A stretch of 64,000 nucleotides of DNA from NCBI GenBank assembly GCA_034421435.1, contig DAOUKJ010000069.1:22013-86012 (forward strand). Direction: 5' to 3'. Made by a program: the position numbers and the translations under genes. Under the pieces are notes generated by a model, which had not been told where the DNA came from, made no database searches, and worked only from the letters and a program-made list of their open reading frames with translations. Numbering within the stretch: the stretch's first letter is position 1; each line of letters begins with the position of its first letter. This document shows, piece by piece, positions 46,239-55,820 of this stretch. The stretch comes from Dehalococcoidia bacterium (GTDB lineage Bacteria > Chloroflexota > Dehalococcoidia > Lucifugimonadales > UBA2985).

Positions 46239-47705
46239 CTAGCCCAGGAAGTGGCGGAGCTGCGCGGCCTCCTCGACGTAGCGGAATACGTTGACGGCGG
46301 CGTCCCCCCTGTCCAGGCCGGCCCAGACGGCGCTGGTCAGCCCCTCGTGGACGCGGTCGATGTCGTCTGCGAACTGCGCCACCAGGCTCACGTACTTCTC
46401 GCCCAGCAGCTCTCGCACGCGCTGCTCGTTCGTGAAGCGTAGGGCGGCGCGCAGGTCGCCGTCCAGGCTCGGATACACCTCTCGCACGAACTCCAGGTCG
46501 TTGGGGCTGAGGCCGGCCATGCCCAGCAGCTCCGGCGGCACGCCGATGGAGTAGAGCGCCGCGGAGAACCCGATGGCCCTTGGGAGCGTCACGCCGCCGC
46601 CCAGCGTGCGTCCATAGCCGAACAGCCCGACGTGCATCCTGCGCTCCCGGCGCCTGGGCACGTATGCCGCTACGTTCGAGATGAAGCTGGCCAGCAGCTG
46701 CACCTGCGACTGGTACTCGGCCCTTGCCTTGTCGATGACCTCGCGGGCGCGGCGCTCGTCGACGGGCACGGGTTCGCTCTTTTCGTGCGCCAGAATCTCG
46801 GCGATTCCGCGCTGGACTTCGTCCCTGGAGTAGTCGTACTTGAAAGCGGACTGGACGGTCAGCGTGTGCGCGCTGGGGTACTCGGTGAAGGCGCGGCCGA
46901 CGTTGAGTGGCGTCAGGTGGCCGCGGAAGGGCACGCTGCCTGCGCCGATTATCGGGAAGATGCCCAGGCCGATGCGCTGCTCAAGCTCGTGCAGCCGTTG
47001 TAGCGCCACCTTCAGGACAAGCTCGGCGGTGACCACGCCGTAGTTGAGGGCGGGATCGCTCCGGGCCAGGAACACTCGCTGGAACGGCAGGTCCCGGTTG
47101 CGCACGTACTCCTCCACGATGCTGTCGCAGGTGAGCATGCTTTCCAGGTCCTCGACGAGCGGGACCACCCTGAGCTCCTTGGGGCAGAACTCGCCGACCC
47201 AGTCCTTGACGATCTGATCGCCCAGGAGTGCGCTCTCCTCCTGCTCCACAATCACCTTCCGGTAGTACGCTTCTACCATCGCTAGCTCCCACGCCGACGT
47301 GGTCAGAGGCAGGATCACCTCCTGGATTGGGGCGTCGGCCTCCTCACCGTAGAAGGTGGTGGCGGTGTCCCATGCGGAGGGAATGCTCTGAAGCGCCTCC
47401 ACCATGGACTTTCGCATGTTCCGCTCCACGCTTGGGTTGGGAACGCGCAGGGTCAGGGCGACGTCCCGGCCCAGGCGCAGGCCGTCGAAGACGCGGGAGT
47501 AGCCGGTGAGGAGCTTGCGCACGACGTGGTTGTCGGCCTCCTTGCCCTCGGAGTCCCACATCTGCTCGTCGCAGCCCAGCGCGAAGACGTCGACAGCCTC
47601 GTCGACCTCGCCCTCACCCTTCACGACGCCGTCGGCATCGGCGAAGGGCGCAGGCCTTGCGTTGTCCGGGTGCTGCGTGCTCATCACCTTTGGAATCAGT
47701 GCCAC
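46239..47705 (-). CDS. ppcA: Archaeal-type phosphoenolpyruvate carboxylase
   Basis: 488 aa (far shorter than bacterial Ppc). …MSTQHPDN…, …VPLVEDLES…, …LARSDPALNYG…, …GAGSVPFRGH…, …TVQSAFKYD… are the atPEPC signature blocks. Confidence 0.8.
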   Translation of the reverse strand: MALIPKVMSTQHPDNARPAPFADADGVVKGEGEVDEAVDVFALGCDEQMWDSEGKEADNHVVRKLLTGYSRVFDGLRLGRDVALTLRVPNPSVERNMRKSMVEALQSIPSAWDTATTFYGEEADAPIQEVILPLTTSAWELAMVEAYYRKVIVEQEESALLGDQIVKDWVGEFCPKELRVVPLVEDLESMLTCDSIVEEYVRNRDLPFQRVFLARSDPALNYGVVTAELVLKVALQRLHELEQRIGLGIFPIIGAGSVPFRGHLTPLNVGRAFTEYPSAHTLTVQSAFKYDYSRDEVQRGIAEILAHEKSEPVPVDERRAREVIDKARAEYQSQVQLLASFISNVAAYVPRRRERRMHVGLFGYGRTLGGGVTLPRAIGFSAALYSIGVPPELLGMAGLSPNDLEFVREVYPSLDGDLRAALRFTNEQRVRELLGEKYVSLVAQFADDIDRVHEGLTSAVWAGLDRGDAAVNVFRYVEEAAQLRHFLG

Positions 47706-47826
47706 TGCGAACCTCCCGCGGGGCCGGCGACATGGAATGCGGCCGCGGCCGCCGGTTCCGACCCTCGCCCCATTATACGCGAATGTTGCAAGGCGGCTGA
47801 ACCCCTGTGGGGGAGAGGTTTCCCCG

Positions 47827-47940
47827 CCCGCTCATGGTGAGATTGTCGAACCATTTGAGCGGGCAGTCCTCCACCGACGTCCGCTCACTTCCTTCGACAG
47901 GCTCAGAGCCTGCCCCGTACTTGATACGGGGATGAGCGGA
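47827..47940. repeat. Two REP-like hairpin units
   Basis: 47827..47863 is cccgctcatggtgagattgtcgaaccatttgagcggg. 47880..47940 is a composite unit with inner hairpin ccccgtacttgatacgggg. Confidence 0.8.
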
Positions 47941-48108
47941 CTGCATGCGCCACACTCCGATACGGGGCCGCAATCCAGCGGATAGGGATAGACCCCTGCC
48001 TACGCTGGGGTGATCTGGTAGTGGCAGTCGTGGTAACGCGGCCCGCAATGGCCGGGAGCCGCTTGGCGTTGCTCCGGCGGTCGTCGGGAGCCCCGAGGGC
48101 TTACGCGG

Positions 48109-49518
48109 CTATTGGGAGCTCCGCAGGCGGTGTCTCGCAACGCGGGACGCCTCCCAGGGCTGACGAGTGAGGCGGCCTCCCATGCTCCGGTTGATCTCGC
48201 GCCACTTCGGCTCTTCATCCGGCGTGATGAACGTCACGGCCACACCGGCACGGCCCATGCGCCCCGTCCGCCCGACCCTGTGGGTGAACAGCAGGTCGGA
48301 ATCCGGCAGGTCATAGTTGATCACCTGACCAATGCCATCGATATCCAGCCCGCGGGCCGCTACGTTGGTCGCCACGAGTATGGGCATGGCGCCGGAACGG
48401 AAGTCAGCCATCACGCGCTCTCGTGCGTTCTGGCTGAGATTCCCCTGCAGTGCGCCGGCCGGGTATCCCCTCTCTCCCAGTTGTGAGGCCAGCTTCTTCA
48501 CGCCGCGCTTGGTCTTGCCGAAGACGATGACAGCCTCGCCGTCACGCCGGTCCAGCAGGGTTCGGAGCGCACCCATCTTGTCGGACTTCTCGATGTTGTA
48601 GACTAGGTGCTTCACTGCCGGCAGAGACTTCAGGTCTGCGTCCACCTCCACCGTGGCCGGGTCGCGCATGTACTTCGAGGCGGTCCTGGACACCCATTCC
48701 GGCATGGTCGCCGACAGGAGTGCTGTCTGCCGGCCAGATGGCGTCCTGCTCAGGATGGCCTCAACGTCGTGCGCGAACCCCCTGTCCAGCATCTCATCCG
48801 CCTCGTCCAGCACCATGAAGCGAACCGATTGCAGGTCAAGTGTGCCTTGCCGGATGTGGTCCAGCGTCCGGCCGGGGGTACCAATGATGATCTGGGCGCC
48901 GGCCTTCAGCGCAGCGTATTCCGGCCTGTACGACCGGCCGCCGTATAGCAGAGTGCAGCGCAGCGAGCGCGGCGACGCCATTGCCTCCGTTATCCCGGCC
49001 ACCTGTATGGCCAGCTCGCGCGTGGGAACCAGGACCAGTGCCTGGACGCGCCGGTCCGATGGGTTGCACTGTTCTGCCAGTGGTACAGCGAATGCCAGGG
49101 TCTTTCCCGACCCCGTGCGCGCCTGCCCAATCACGTCCCGGCCCGCCAGAAGAAGGGGGATGGTCTTTTCCTGGATTGGCGTGGGCTCCGATATGTCCAT
49201 GCGAGAAAGCGCCTCCCTCGTGGAGGCCTGCAATGCCATTGCAGCAAACACCGGGGCGCGGGAGACGGATGGGGCATCGCGCAGGGTTGGAGCCGCCTGG
49301 GCAAGCTGAGCTGCGGCGAACGGCCCCTCGGGTCGTGTGACTGACCGTGTCGCGGAGTTGCTGCGCCGCGTCTTGAAGCACGGAGAGCAGTATACCGGGC
49401 GGTCCTGGCTTGGCCGGAACGGGATCGTGGTGGACGTGCCGCATAAGGCGCATAAGGCCTGATGACGGCGCCTATAGCCGGCGTTAACACGCCGGACAGT
49501 GGTGGACTGTATTGCCAT
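48109..49518 (-). CDS. DEAD-box ATP-dependent RNA helicase with N-terminal CxxC…CxxC zinc ribbon
   Basis: Q-motif …F..M.I.E.PTPIQ…, AQTGSGKT, DEAD (VLDEADEM), SAT, HRVGRTGR. N-terminus …CALCGTSTTIPFRPSQDRPVYCSPCF…. Confidence 0.9.
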   Translation of the reverse strand: MAIQSTTVRRVNAGYRRRHQALCALCGTSTTIPFRPSQDRPVYCSPCFKTRRSNSATRSVTRPEGPFAAAQLAQAAPTLRDAPSVSRAPVFAAMALQASTREALSRMDISEPTPIQEKTIPLLLAGRDVIGQARTGSGKTLAFAVPLAEQCNPSDRRVQALVLVPTRELAIQVAGITEAMASPRSLRCTLLYGGRSYRPEYAALKAGAQIIIGTPGRTLDHIRQGTLDLQSVRFMVLDEADEMLDRGFAHDVEAILSRTPSGRQTALLSATMPEWVSRTASKYMRDPATVEVDADLKSLPAVKHLVYNIEKSDKMGALRTLLDRRDGEAVIVFGKTKRGVKKLASQLGERGYPAGALQGNLSQNARERVMADFRSGAMPILVATNVAARGLDIDGIGQVINYDLPDSDLLFTHRVGRTGRMGRAGVAVTFITPDEEPKWREINRSMGGRLTRQPWEASRVARHRLRSSQ

Positions 49519-49743
49519 GAGGAAACGGACTCCTTATCCCAAAGGGCCACAAAAGCGAAAGACGGGATTAGTCCGTTATCCTGTGTGTAGCCTTGGTGCG
49601 AAATTATGGTATTGGCCCATTCTAACAGAAAACGCACAAGATAGCTCCCTTTCGTCAGGGCAGACCAGCCGTAGCCGGCGGAATGGTTGCGCACTCACCC
49701 CCGCATTGCGGGCGCAAGAGGCGCGTGATTTAATTGGGCCGTT

Positions 49744-51768
49744 GTGACGAATGCCGCGAACAGGCTTTGGATCGCCGCCGCGCTCGCCGCGCTGCTGCTC
49801 CTCGTGGCGGCTGCCTGCGGGCACAGGATGGTGGAGCCGGGCGCCTCGCCGCAGCCCGCGGGGCCGCCGTGCGGCGAGCACGCCTCCATCGAGCGCGTGC
49901 CCGTCGCTGAAGGCGTGTACGCGTACCCCGCGGAGGCGCTCGACCCGCCGTGGCTGGACGACCGCAGGTCGGACCAGATCGCCGATGCTGACCGCCTGGA
50001 CGTGTTCTGCGACTTCCGGTTCGTCGATCTCGTTGAGGAGAGCGGCATCACCTTCCGGCACCGGCCGGTTGACGACGCAGCCCGCACCTACAAGGCCGTC
50101 CACTACGACCATGGCAACGGTCTGGCCGTCGCTGACGTGGACGGCGACGGCCTCCACGACATCTACTTCGTGAACCAGATTGGCGCGAATCAGCTGTGGC
50201 GCAACCTGGGCGGCGGCCGCTTCGATGACGTGACGGCGGCCGCAGGCGTGGCGGTCGATGACCGCGTGAGCGTGAGCGCGTCCTTTGCGGACATCGACAA
50301 CGACGGCGACCCAGACCTGTACGTCACCGCCGTCCGCGCCGGCAACCTGATGTTCGAGAACGACGGCGCTGGCAGATTCCGCGACGTCACCGCTCAGTCC
50401 GGCACGGGCTACGCGGGCCACTCATCCGGCGCCGTGTTCTTCGACTACGACGCGGACGGCTTGCTCGATCTCTACGTCGCCAACGTGGGTCGGTACACGT
50501 CCGAGAGGCTGCGGCAGATGACGCTAGATGCGCCCGTCACAGAGTACGAGTCCGGCAGCTACGAGTTCCCCAACGGCCTGGAGGACGCTTTCGAGGGTCA
50601 TCTGTACCCCGACCGCTCGGAGAGCAGCGTGCTGTACCGCAACCTGGGCGGCGGCCGGTTCGCGGACGTTACGGAGGAGGCCGGCCTGGCGGACGCTGCC
50701 TGGTCTGGCGATGCCACACCCCTGGACGCCAACGGCGATGGTCTGCCGGACCTGTACGTGCTCAACATGCAGGGCCACGACAGGCTCTACGACAACGTAG
50801 GAGGCCGCTTTGTGCTGCGGGAGGACGCATTCCCCCGCACGCCCTGGGGCGCGATGGGCGTCAAGGCGTTCGACTACGACAACGACGGCGACGTTGACAT
50901 TTTCGTGACCGACATGCACTCGGACATGAGCGAGGACATAGGGCCGGAGAGGGAGAAGGCGAAGTCCAGGATACAGTGGCCGGAGAGCTTCGTGCAGAGC
51001 GACGGGCGCAGCATCTACGGCAACGCATTCTACGAAAACCAAGGTGACGGCACCTACCGGGAGGTATCCGACGATCTGGGCGTGGAGACCTACTGGCCCT
51101 GGGGCCTGAGTGTGGGCGACCTCAACGCAGACGGCTACCAGGACGCGTTCGTCACGGGCAGCATGAGCTTCCCGTTCCGCTATGCCGTCAACTCGCTGCT
51201 GCTCAACAACCGCGGCGAAGGCTTTGTGGACAGCGAGTTCATTCTGGGCGCGGAGCCGCGACGCGACGGGCGAACGGCCTCCCCAGCGTTCGAGATCGAC
51301 TGCGCGGGCGTCGACCGTCTACACCGCCTGTGCACGGAGGAAGGATTGACCGGCCGCGTCGAGGTGTGGGGCGCCATCGGCTCCCGCTCGTCCGCGGTGT
51401 TCGACATTGACGGTGACGGTGACCTGGACATCGTGACGAGCGACTTCAACGCAGGGCCTCAGCTGCTGGTGAGCAGCCTTTCGGAGTCTCTGGACACGCT
51501 CAGCTACGTGAAGGTTGCGCTGGAGGGCACGGAGTCCAACCGCGACGGGCTGGGCGCAACCGTGACCGTCCACGCAGGCGGCAGCACGTACATCCGCGTC
51601 CACGACGGCAAGTCAGGCTACCTGTCGCAGAGCCTGCTGCCGCTGTACTTCGGGCTGGGCGACGCTGAGACAGTCGAGAGCATTGAGGTGGAGTGGCCGT
51701 CGGGGCGGCGGCAGAGCGTGTCAGGTCCGCTGGACGTGAACCAACTGGTGCACGTGCGAGAGGAGTAG
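49744..51768 (+). CDS. CRTAC1-family lipoprotein (FG-GAP/VCBS repeats plus ASPIC/UnbV C-domain)
   Basis: Lipobox …VAAA-C. Repeated …D.DGDG..D.Y… motifs. C-terminal …NRDGLGATVTVHAGGSTYIRVHDGKSGYLSQSLLPLYFGLG…VEWPSG…. Confidence 0.8.
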   Translation: MTNAANRLWIAAALAALLLLVAAACGHRMVEPGASPQPAGPPCGEHASIERVPVAEGVYAYPAEALDPPWLDDRRSDQIADADRLDVFCDFRFVDLVEESGITFRHRPVDDAARTYKAVHYDHGNGLAVADVDGDGLHDIYFVNQIGANQLWRNLGGGRFDDVTAAAGVAVDDRVSVSASFADIDNDGDPDLYVTAVRAGNLMFENDGAGRFRDVTAQSGTGYAGHSSGAVFFDYDADGLLDLYVANVGRYTSERLRQMTLDAPVTEYESGSYEFPNGLEDAFEGHLYPDRSESSVLYRNLGGGRFADVTEEAGLADAAWSGDATPLDANGDGLPDLYVLNMQGHDRLYDNVGGRFVLREDAFPRTPWGAMGVKAFDYDNDGDVDIFVTDMHSDMSEDIGPEREKAKSRIQWPESFVQSDGRSIYGNAFYENQGDGTYREVSDDLGVETYWPWGLSVGDLNADGYQDAFVTGSMSFPFRYAVNSLLLNNRGEGFVDSEFILGAEPRRDGRTASPAFEIDCAGVDRLHRLCTEEGLTGRVEVWGAIGSRSSAVFDIDGDGDLDIVTSDFNAGPQLLVSSLSESLDTLSYVKVALEGTESNRDGLGATVTVHAGGSTYIRVHDGKSGYLSQSLLPLYFGLGDAETVESIEVEWPSGRRQSVSGPLDVNQLVHVREE

Positions 51769-51785
51769 GGCTGCTGCGGCCGGAG

Positions 51786-51960
51786 TCCGCTCACGCCCTT
51801 CGACACGCTCAGGGTGAGCGGACGGGCGATTAACCCGCCCATAGCCTGCCCCATACTTGATGCGGGGGTGAGCGGGCGCGCGATAAGCTCGCTCACGGTG
51901 AAGATTAGCGGACGCGTTAGGGGCCCGCTCATGGTGAGCCTGTCGAACCATTTGAGCGGG
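51786..51960. repeat. Three REP-like hairpin units
   Basis: 51786..51822, 51834..51876 (inner ccccatacttgatgcggggg) and 51924..51960 (cccgctcatggtgagcctgtcgaaccatttgagcggg). Confidence 0.8.
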
Positions 51961-52025
51961 CCAGAGTCCACGGGACACAGCCTCCGCCCGTTGTCCGGCC
52001 TGCAGCAACCCGCTAGACTTGTGCC

Positions 52026-53498
52026 ATGAGCCTGCTCCCACCCAGCCCGCGAATGCCGTCCTTCGCCCTCGTGAGGCGTGCGCTGGTGCCGGCCGCCGCG
52101 ATGGCAGCCGCGGCACTGTCGGTCATCGGCTGCGCGCCCGCTGAGCCAACGACCCTTCCGACGCTGGACGGCGCGTCTCCGGATATCATCCTCCACGGCG
52201 GCCGCGTGATCACGATGGAGCCGGACATGCCTCGCGCGGAGGCGATAGCCGTGCGCGGCGATGAGATCGTCGCCGTCGGAGGCAGCGAGCAGCTGCTAGC
52301 GCTGGCCGGGCCGTCCACGCAGGTCGTCGACCTGGAAGGGAGGGCGCTGCTGCCGGGCTTCATCGACGCCCACAACCACATCTTCAGCGAGGCGATTCGC
52401 TCGGGAAATCCCTCGCTCCAGGAAGCTCAAGACTATGCTCTAAGCCTGGGCATCACCGCGATGGCCGACATGTCCGTGGAGCCGTCCGTACTCCTCGCGC
52501 TGCGCAACTTCCACGATTCGGGCAGGCTGCGCGTCCGCACGAGCGTCTACCCGCCGTACAACCTCCACTGTGGCGAGTTGCTCGGTCACTGGTACTCCGA
52601 GTTTCCGCCGGAGCGCGACCCGGACGCCATGCTCCGAATCCTTGGCGCAAAGGTCTTCACCGACGGCTGGACGTGCGACCTGCTGCCGGCCTTCAGCTTT
52701 GAGCTGCGCGACGCCCCCGACACAGAGAGTAGCCGCGGCCACCTGCTCGTCGGGCCGGACGAGCTTGCCCGCGTGCTCGCGGAGTTGGAGGCGATGGGCT
52801 ATCAGGCGGCTGTGCACGCGCTCGGCGACCGCGCAGTCGAGAACGCCCTGAACGCCATCGAGAGTGTGCTCGCTGGCTCGCCGAACGACCTGCGCCATCG
52901 CATCGAGCACAACATGTTCATACGCCCTGAGCTGATGGGCCGCTATGGTGAGACTGGCGCGGTGCCAGTGGTCTGGGGCTCGGAGGCGTGCCACATCCGG
53001 AACACGTCCCAGCGCGACTCGGATGGCCGGCTTACGCATCGCTGGGGCGGGCCGGAGACCCACCCGTGGATCAACCCCTGGCGCTCGCTGCTGGACGCCA
53101 ACCCCGGCCTGCCTGTTGCTTTCCACAGCGACATGTCGTGGGGCGAGCCGGGCCCTCTGGCCTATCTCTACAGCCTGGTCACACGCAACGAGGTGTTCCT
53201 AGACGGTTCGCCCATATGCGAGGCGCCGGAGTGGTTGAAGCACGAGGCCGTTGACGTCGAAGACGCGCTGCGCATGATGACCACCGGCGCGGCCTACGCG
53301 CTGCACATGGAGGAGAGGACCGGCTCGCTCAGGCCCGGCAAGCTCGCCGACCTGGTCGTGCTGTCGGACGACCCGCTGGAGGTCGACCCGGAGTCGCTGC
53401 ACCTGCTGAAGGTGCTGGTGACGATGGTCGGCGGGCGCGTGGAGCACTGCGCGGCGGAGGCTCAGTCGCTGTGCCCCGGATTCGCAGAAGGCGGCTAG
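52026..53498 (+). CDS. Amidohydrolase-family (amidohydrolase_3-like) metal-dependent hydrolase, probable lipoprotein
   Basis: Lipobox …VIG-C. …LLPGFIDAHNHIF… (HxH), …AVHALGDRA…, …RIEHN…, …FHSDM…. Confidence 0.8.
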   Translation: MSLLPPSPRMPSFALVRRALVPAAAMAAAALSVIGCAPAEPTTLPTLDGASPDIILHGGRVITMEPDMPRAEAIAVRGDEIVAVGGSEQLLALAGPSTQVVDLEGRALLPGFIDAHNHIFSEAIRSGNPSLQEAQDYALSLGITAMADMSVEPSVLLALRNFHDSGRLRVRTSVYPPYNLHCGELLGHWYSEFPPERDPDAMLRILGAKVFTDGWTCDLLPAFSFELRDAPDTESSRGHLLVGPDELARVLAELEAMGYQAAVHALGDRAVENALNAIESVLAGSPNDLRHRIEHNMFIRPELMGRYGETGAVPVVWGSEACHIRNTSQRDSDGRLTHRWGGPETHPWINPWRSLLDANPGLPVAFHSDMSWGEPGPLAYLYSLVTRNEVFLDGSPICEAPEWLKHEAVDVEDALRMMTTGAAYALHMEERTGSLRPGKLADLVVLSDDPLEVDPESLHLLKVLVTMVGGRVEHCAAEAQSLCPGFAEGG

Positions 53499-54709
53499 GC
53501 CTGCAGGGCGCGCGTCGCCCTGCGTCTGCCTTGGCTCCAGGTGATCATGAAGGCCATCACTCCCACGGCTATCACCAGCCCGGATGCGCGGAACACGTCC
53601 TCGATGCTGCCGCCGCTCTCGATGAGGCTGCCGCCCACGGAGCCGGTGAGCACGCCCATGATGAGCACGGCGTTGGTGAAGCCGATCAGGGTGCCGTAGC
53701 CGTAGATCCTGCCCAGGTCTGTGGTGATGGCCAGCGAAGATGGAAGGGCGGCGCTTTCCGAAAGCCCCAGCAGCAGGAACAGCACCAGCAGCACCATGAC
53801 AGTGCTCGCGAGGGGGAGCGCCTCCGTGCCTGCGGCCATCAGCAGTCCTCCGCCGACGACCAGCAGGCTGCGCGGTACGTGGTCGGCCAGGCGACCGAAC
53901 AGCGGCTGAAATATGCTCGAAATGATGGCGCGCGAGCCGATCACCAGGCCAACAAGCGTCGCGCTGGCCAGAAGCGATTCGGTCATGAATATGGCAATGA
54001 AGGTGAACACGGAACCCATGCCCAGGCCAAAGGTGTAGTTGAAGATCATCAGCGACCACACGCGCAGGTCGCCGGCCATCTCGCGGAAGCTGGGCACCAC
54101 CACATCATCCTCTCTTCTCCCGCCTGATGTATCCGGCAGCAGGAACGTCACCATGAGCACGGCCACCACCGCGGCGGCGGCCAGCGTGAGGAACGTGGCG
54201 TCCACGCCGAAGTTGTCCTTGAGCACTCCGCCAACCAGCGGCCCGGCGCCGAACCCTGCCGTGAACGACACCATGAACATGCCCATGTAGCGCCCCTCAT
54301 GGCCCCTGGGCGAAAGCTCTCCGACCATTGCGAGCGCGGACGGGAACATGCAAGCTGCGCCGATACCCATGCCCATGCGCAGGAGCGTGACGATCTGGTA
54401 CGAGTCGGCCATGGAGAGTCCGATGCCGATGAACACGTACACGGAGAGCCCGGCGAGGATGAATCGACGCCTGCCAAGTCGGTCGCCCAGCCTTCCGACG
54501 ATCGGAGTGAGGGGTGTCTGCGTGATCGCAAAGCCTGAGAACGCCAGGCCCAGCCACACACCCGAAGCGCCCAGGTCTCGTACGAACACGGGCAGAATGG
54601 GCACCACCATGCCCAGCCCGCTGGCCATCACGAACATGGAGAACCACAGGATAGCAAAAGCCCGCCATCGGCGGGCCGTCGAGGTGGACTCTAGAGCCGG
54701 GGTGTTCAC
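53495..54709 (-). CDS. MFS transporter
   Basis: 404 aa, ~12 TM. MFS loop motif …GRLGDRLGRRRF…. GTG start. Confidence 0.85.
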   Translation of the reverse strand: MNTPALESTSTARRWRAFAILWFSMFVMASGLGMVVPILPVFVRDLGASGVWLGLAFSGFAITQTPLTPIVGRLGDRLGRRRFILAGLSVYVFIGIGLSMADSYQIVTLLRMGMGIGAACMFPSALAMVGELSPRGHEGRYMGMFMVSFTAGFGAGPLVGGVLKDNFGVDATFLTLAAAAVVAVLMVTFLLPDTSGGRREDDVVVPSFREMAGDLRVWSLMIFNYTFGLGMGSVFTFIAIFMTESLLASATLVGLVIGSRAIISSIFQPLFGRLADHVPRSLLVVGGGLLMAAGTEALPLASTVMVLLVLFLLLGLSESAALPSSLAITTDLGRIYGYGTLIGFTNAVLIMGVLTGSVGGSLIESGGSIEDVFRASGLVIAVGVMAFMITWSQGRRRATRALQA

Positions 54710-54992
54710 TTCGGGTGCCTGACCGCGATTGTATCACTCGGTACGCCTACCGCACAACAGGCAGGAATTGGTACGGCGGCGTGCTAGAACTAATCGTTAT
54801 GAGACTCTGGGCGGTAGGCGCGTATTTCGGCCCTTACGCTGCTCGCGTGAATGTGTGGGTAGTCACCACGAACTGATAGGCGCTACGCCGGTGAGTGCAT
54901 GGCTCAAACCCCGCGCGAGTGCGCAAGCAGGTGCCCAACGTGGCAAGCAGCTGCCAGGGCCGTGATTCTCGGACGTGGCGGAAGCCGGCCCC

Positions 54993-55820
54993 CTAGACTG
55001 CTCTGCGCACCGTGCGGCCGCGCGTAAGCACCGCGGCCGCAGCGAATAGCGTCGTGGCCACCAGCGCCATCGCCGGCCCGGACGGCAGGTCGACGTAGTA
55101 CGACAAGTATAGGCCGGTTACCGCCGACGCCGCTCCAAGAAACGCACCTAACGCCATGACCTCCACGAACCTCTTTACGAGCAGGTATGCAGTGGCCGCG
55201 GGTGTTATCAACATCGCCATGACCAGTACAATGCCCGCCGCCTGTATGCCAATGACGATAACCAGCGCGAGAAGAGCAAGCAGCACGTACTCCAACAGAC
55301 TCGTGTTGATACCGACTACGGATGCGCCAACTTCGTCGAATGTCGTGTATACAAGCTGGCGGTGAAAGCCGTAGAGCCCAGCCAGCACTACGGCCGTCAT
55401 ACCAAGGGAAACGAACACGTCTGTCTGCGATACGCCCAGCACCTGCCCGAGCAGCAGGTCCTCTATGTCCACGCTGATACCGTCGGCCCTGGCCAGCAAC
55501 ACGAGGCCCAGAGCAAACGTGCCGGCGAAGATGATGCCAATGGACGTATCCTCGCTGATGCCCGTGCGCCTGCTAACTAAGCCTATTAGCACTGCAACCG
55601 CTATTCCTGCGGGAACCGCGGCGAAGAACGGGCTTACGCCCAGCAGGAATGCCACTACCATGCCCGGCAGGACGGCATGAGCGAGCGCGTCGCCCATGAA
55701 GGCGCGCCCGCGGGTGATGACGTATGCGCCCACCAGAGGACACATCACGCCGACCAGCACGGAGACGATCATGGCCCGCACCATGAAGCTGTACTGGAAG
55801 GGGTCCAGAACGTAGTCCAC
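54993..55820 (-). CDS. Metal (Zn/Mn-type, ABC-3 family) ABC transporter permease
   Basis: 275 aa. …FMVRAMI…, …RGRAFMGDALAHAVLPG… typical of ZnuB/MntB-type permeases. Confidence 0.85.
   Translation of the reverse strand: MDYVLDPFQYSFMVRAMIVSVLVGVMCPLVGAYVITRGRAFMGDALAHAVLPGMVVAFLLGVSPFFAAVPAGIAVAVLIGLVSRRTGISEDTSIGIIFAGTFALGLVLLARADGISVDIEDLLLGQVLGVSQTDVFVSLGMTAVVLAGLYGFHRQLVYTTFDEVGASVVGINTSLLEYVLLALLALVIVIGIQAAGIVLVMAMLITPAATAYLLVKRFVEVMALGAFLGAASAVTGLYLSYYVDLPSGPAMALVATTLFAAAAVLTRGRTVRRAV

Noticed and set aside
53495-53498. The convergent amidohydrolase and MFS genes overlap by 4 nt, sharing the palindrome CTAG as both stop codons.
   Set aside because: It is real in the sequence but most simply a coincidence of compact gene packing. 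I can attach no functional inference.
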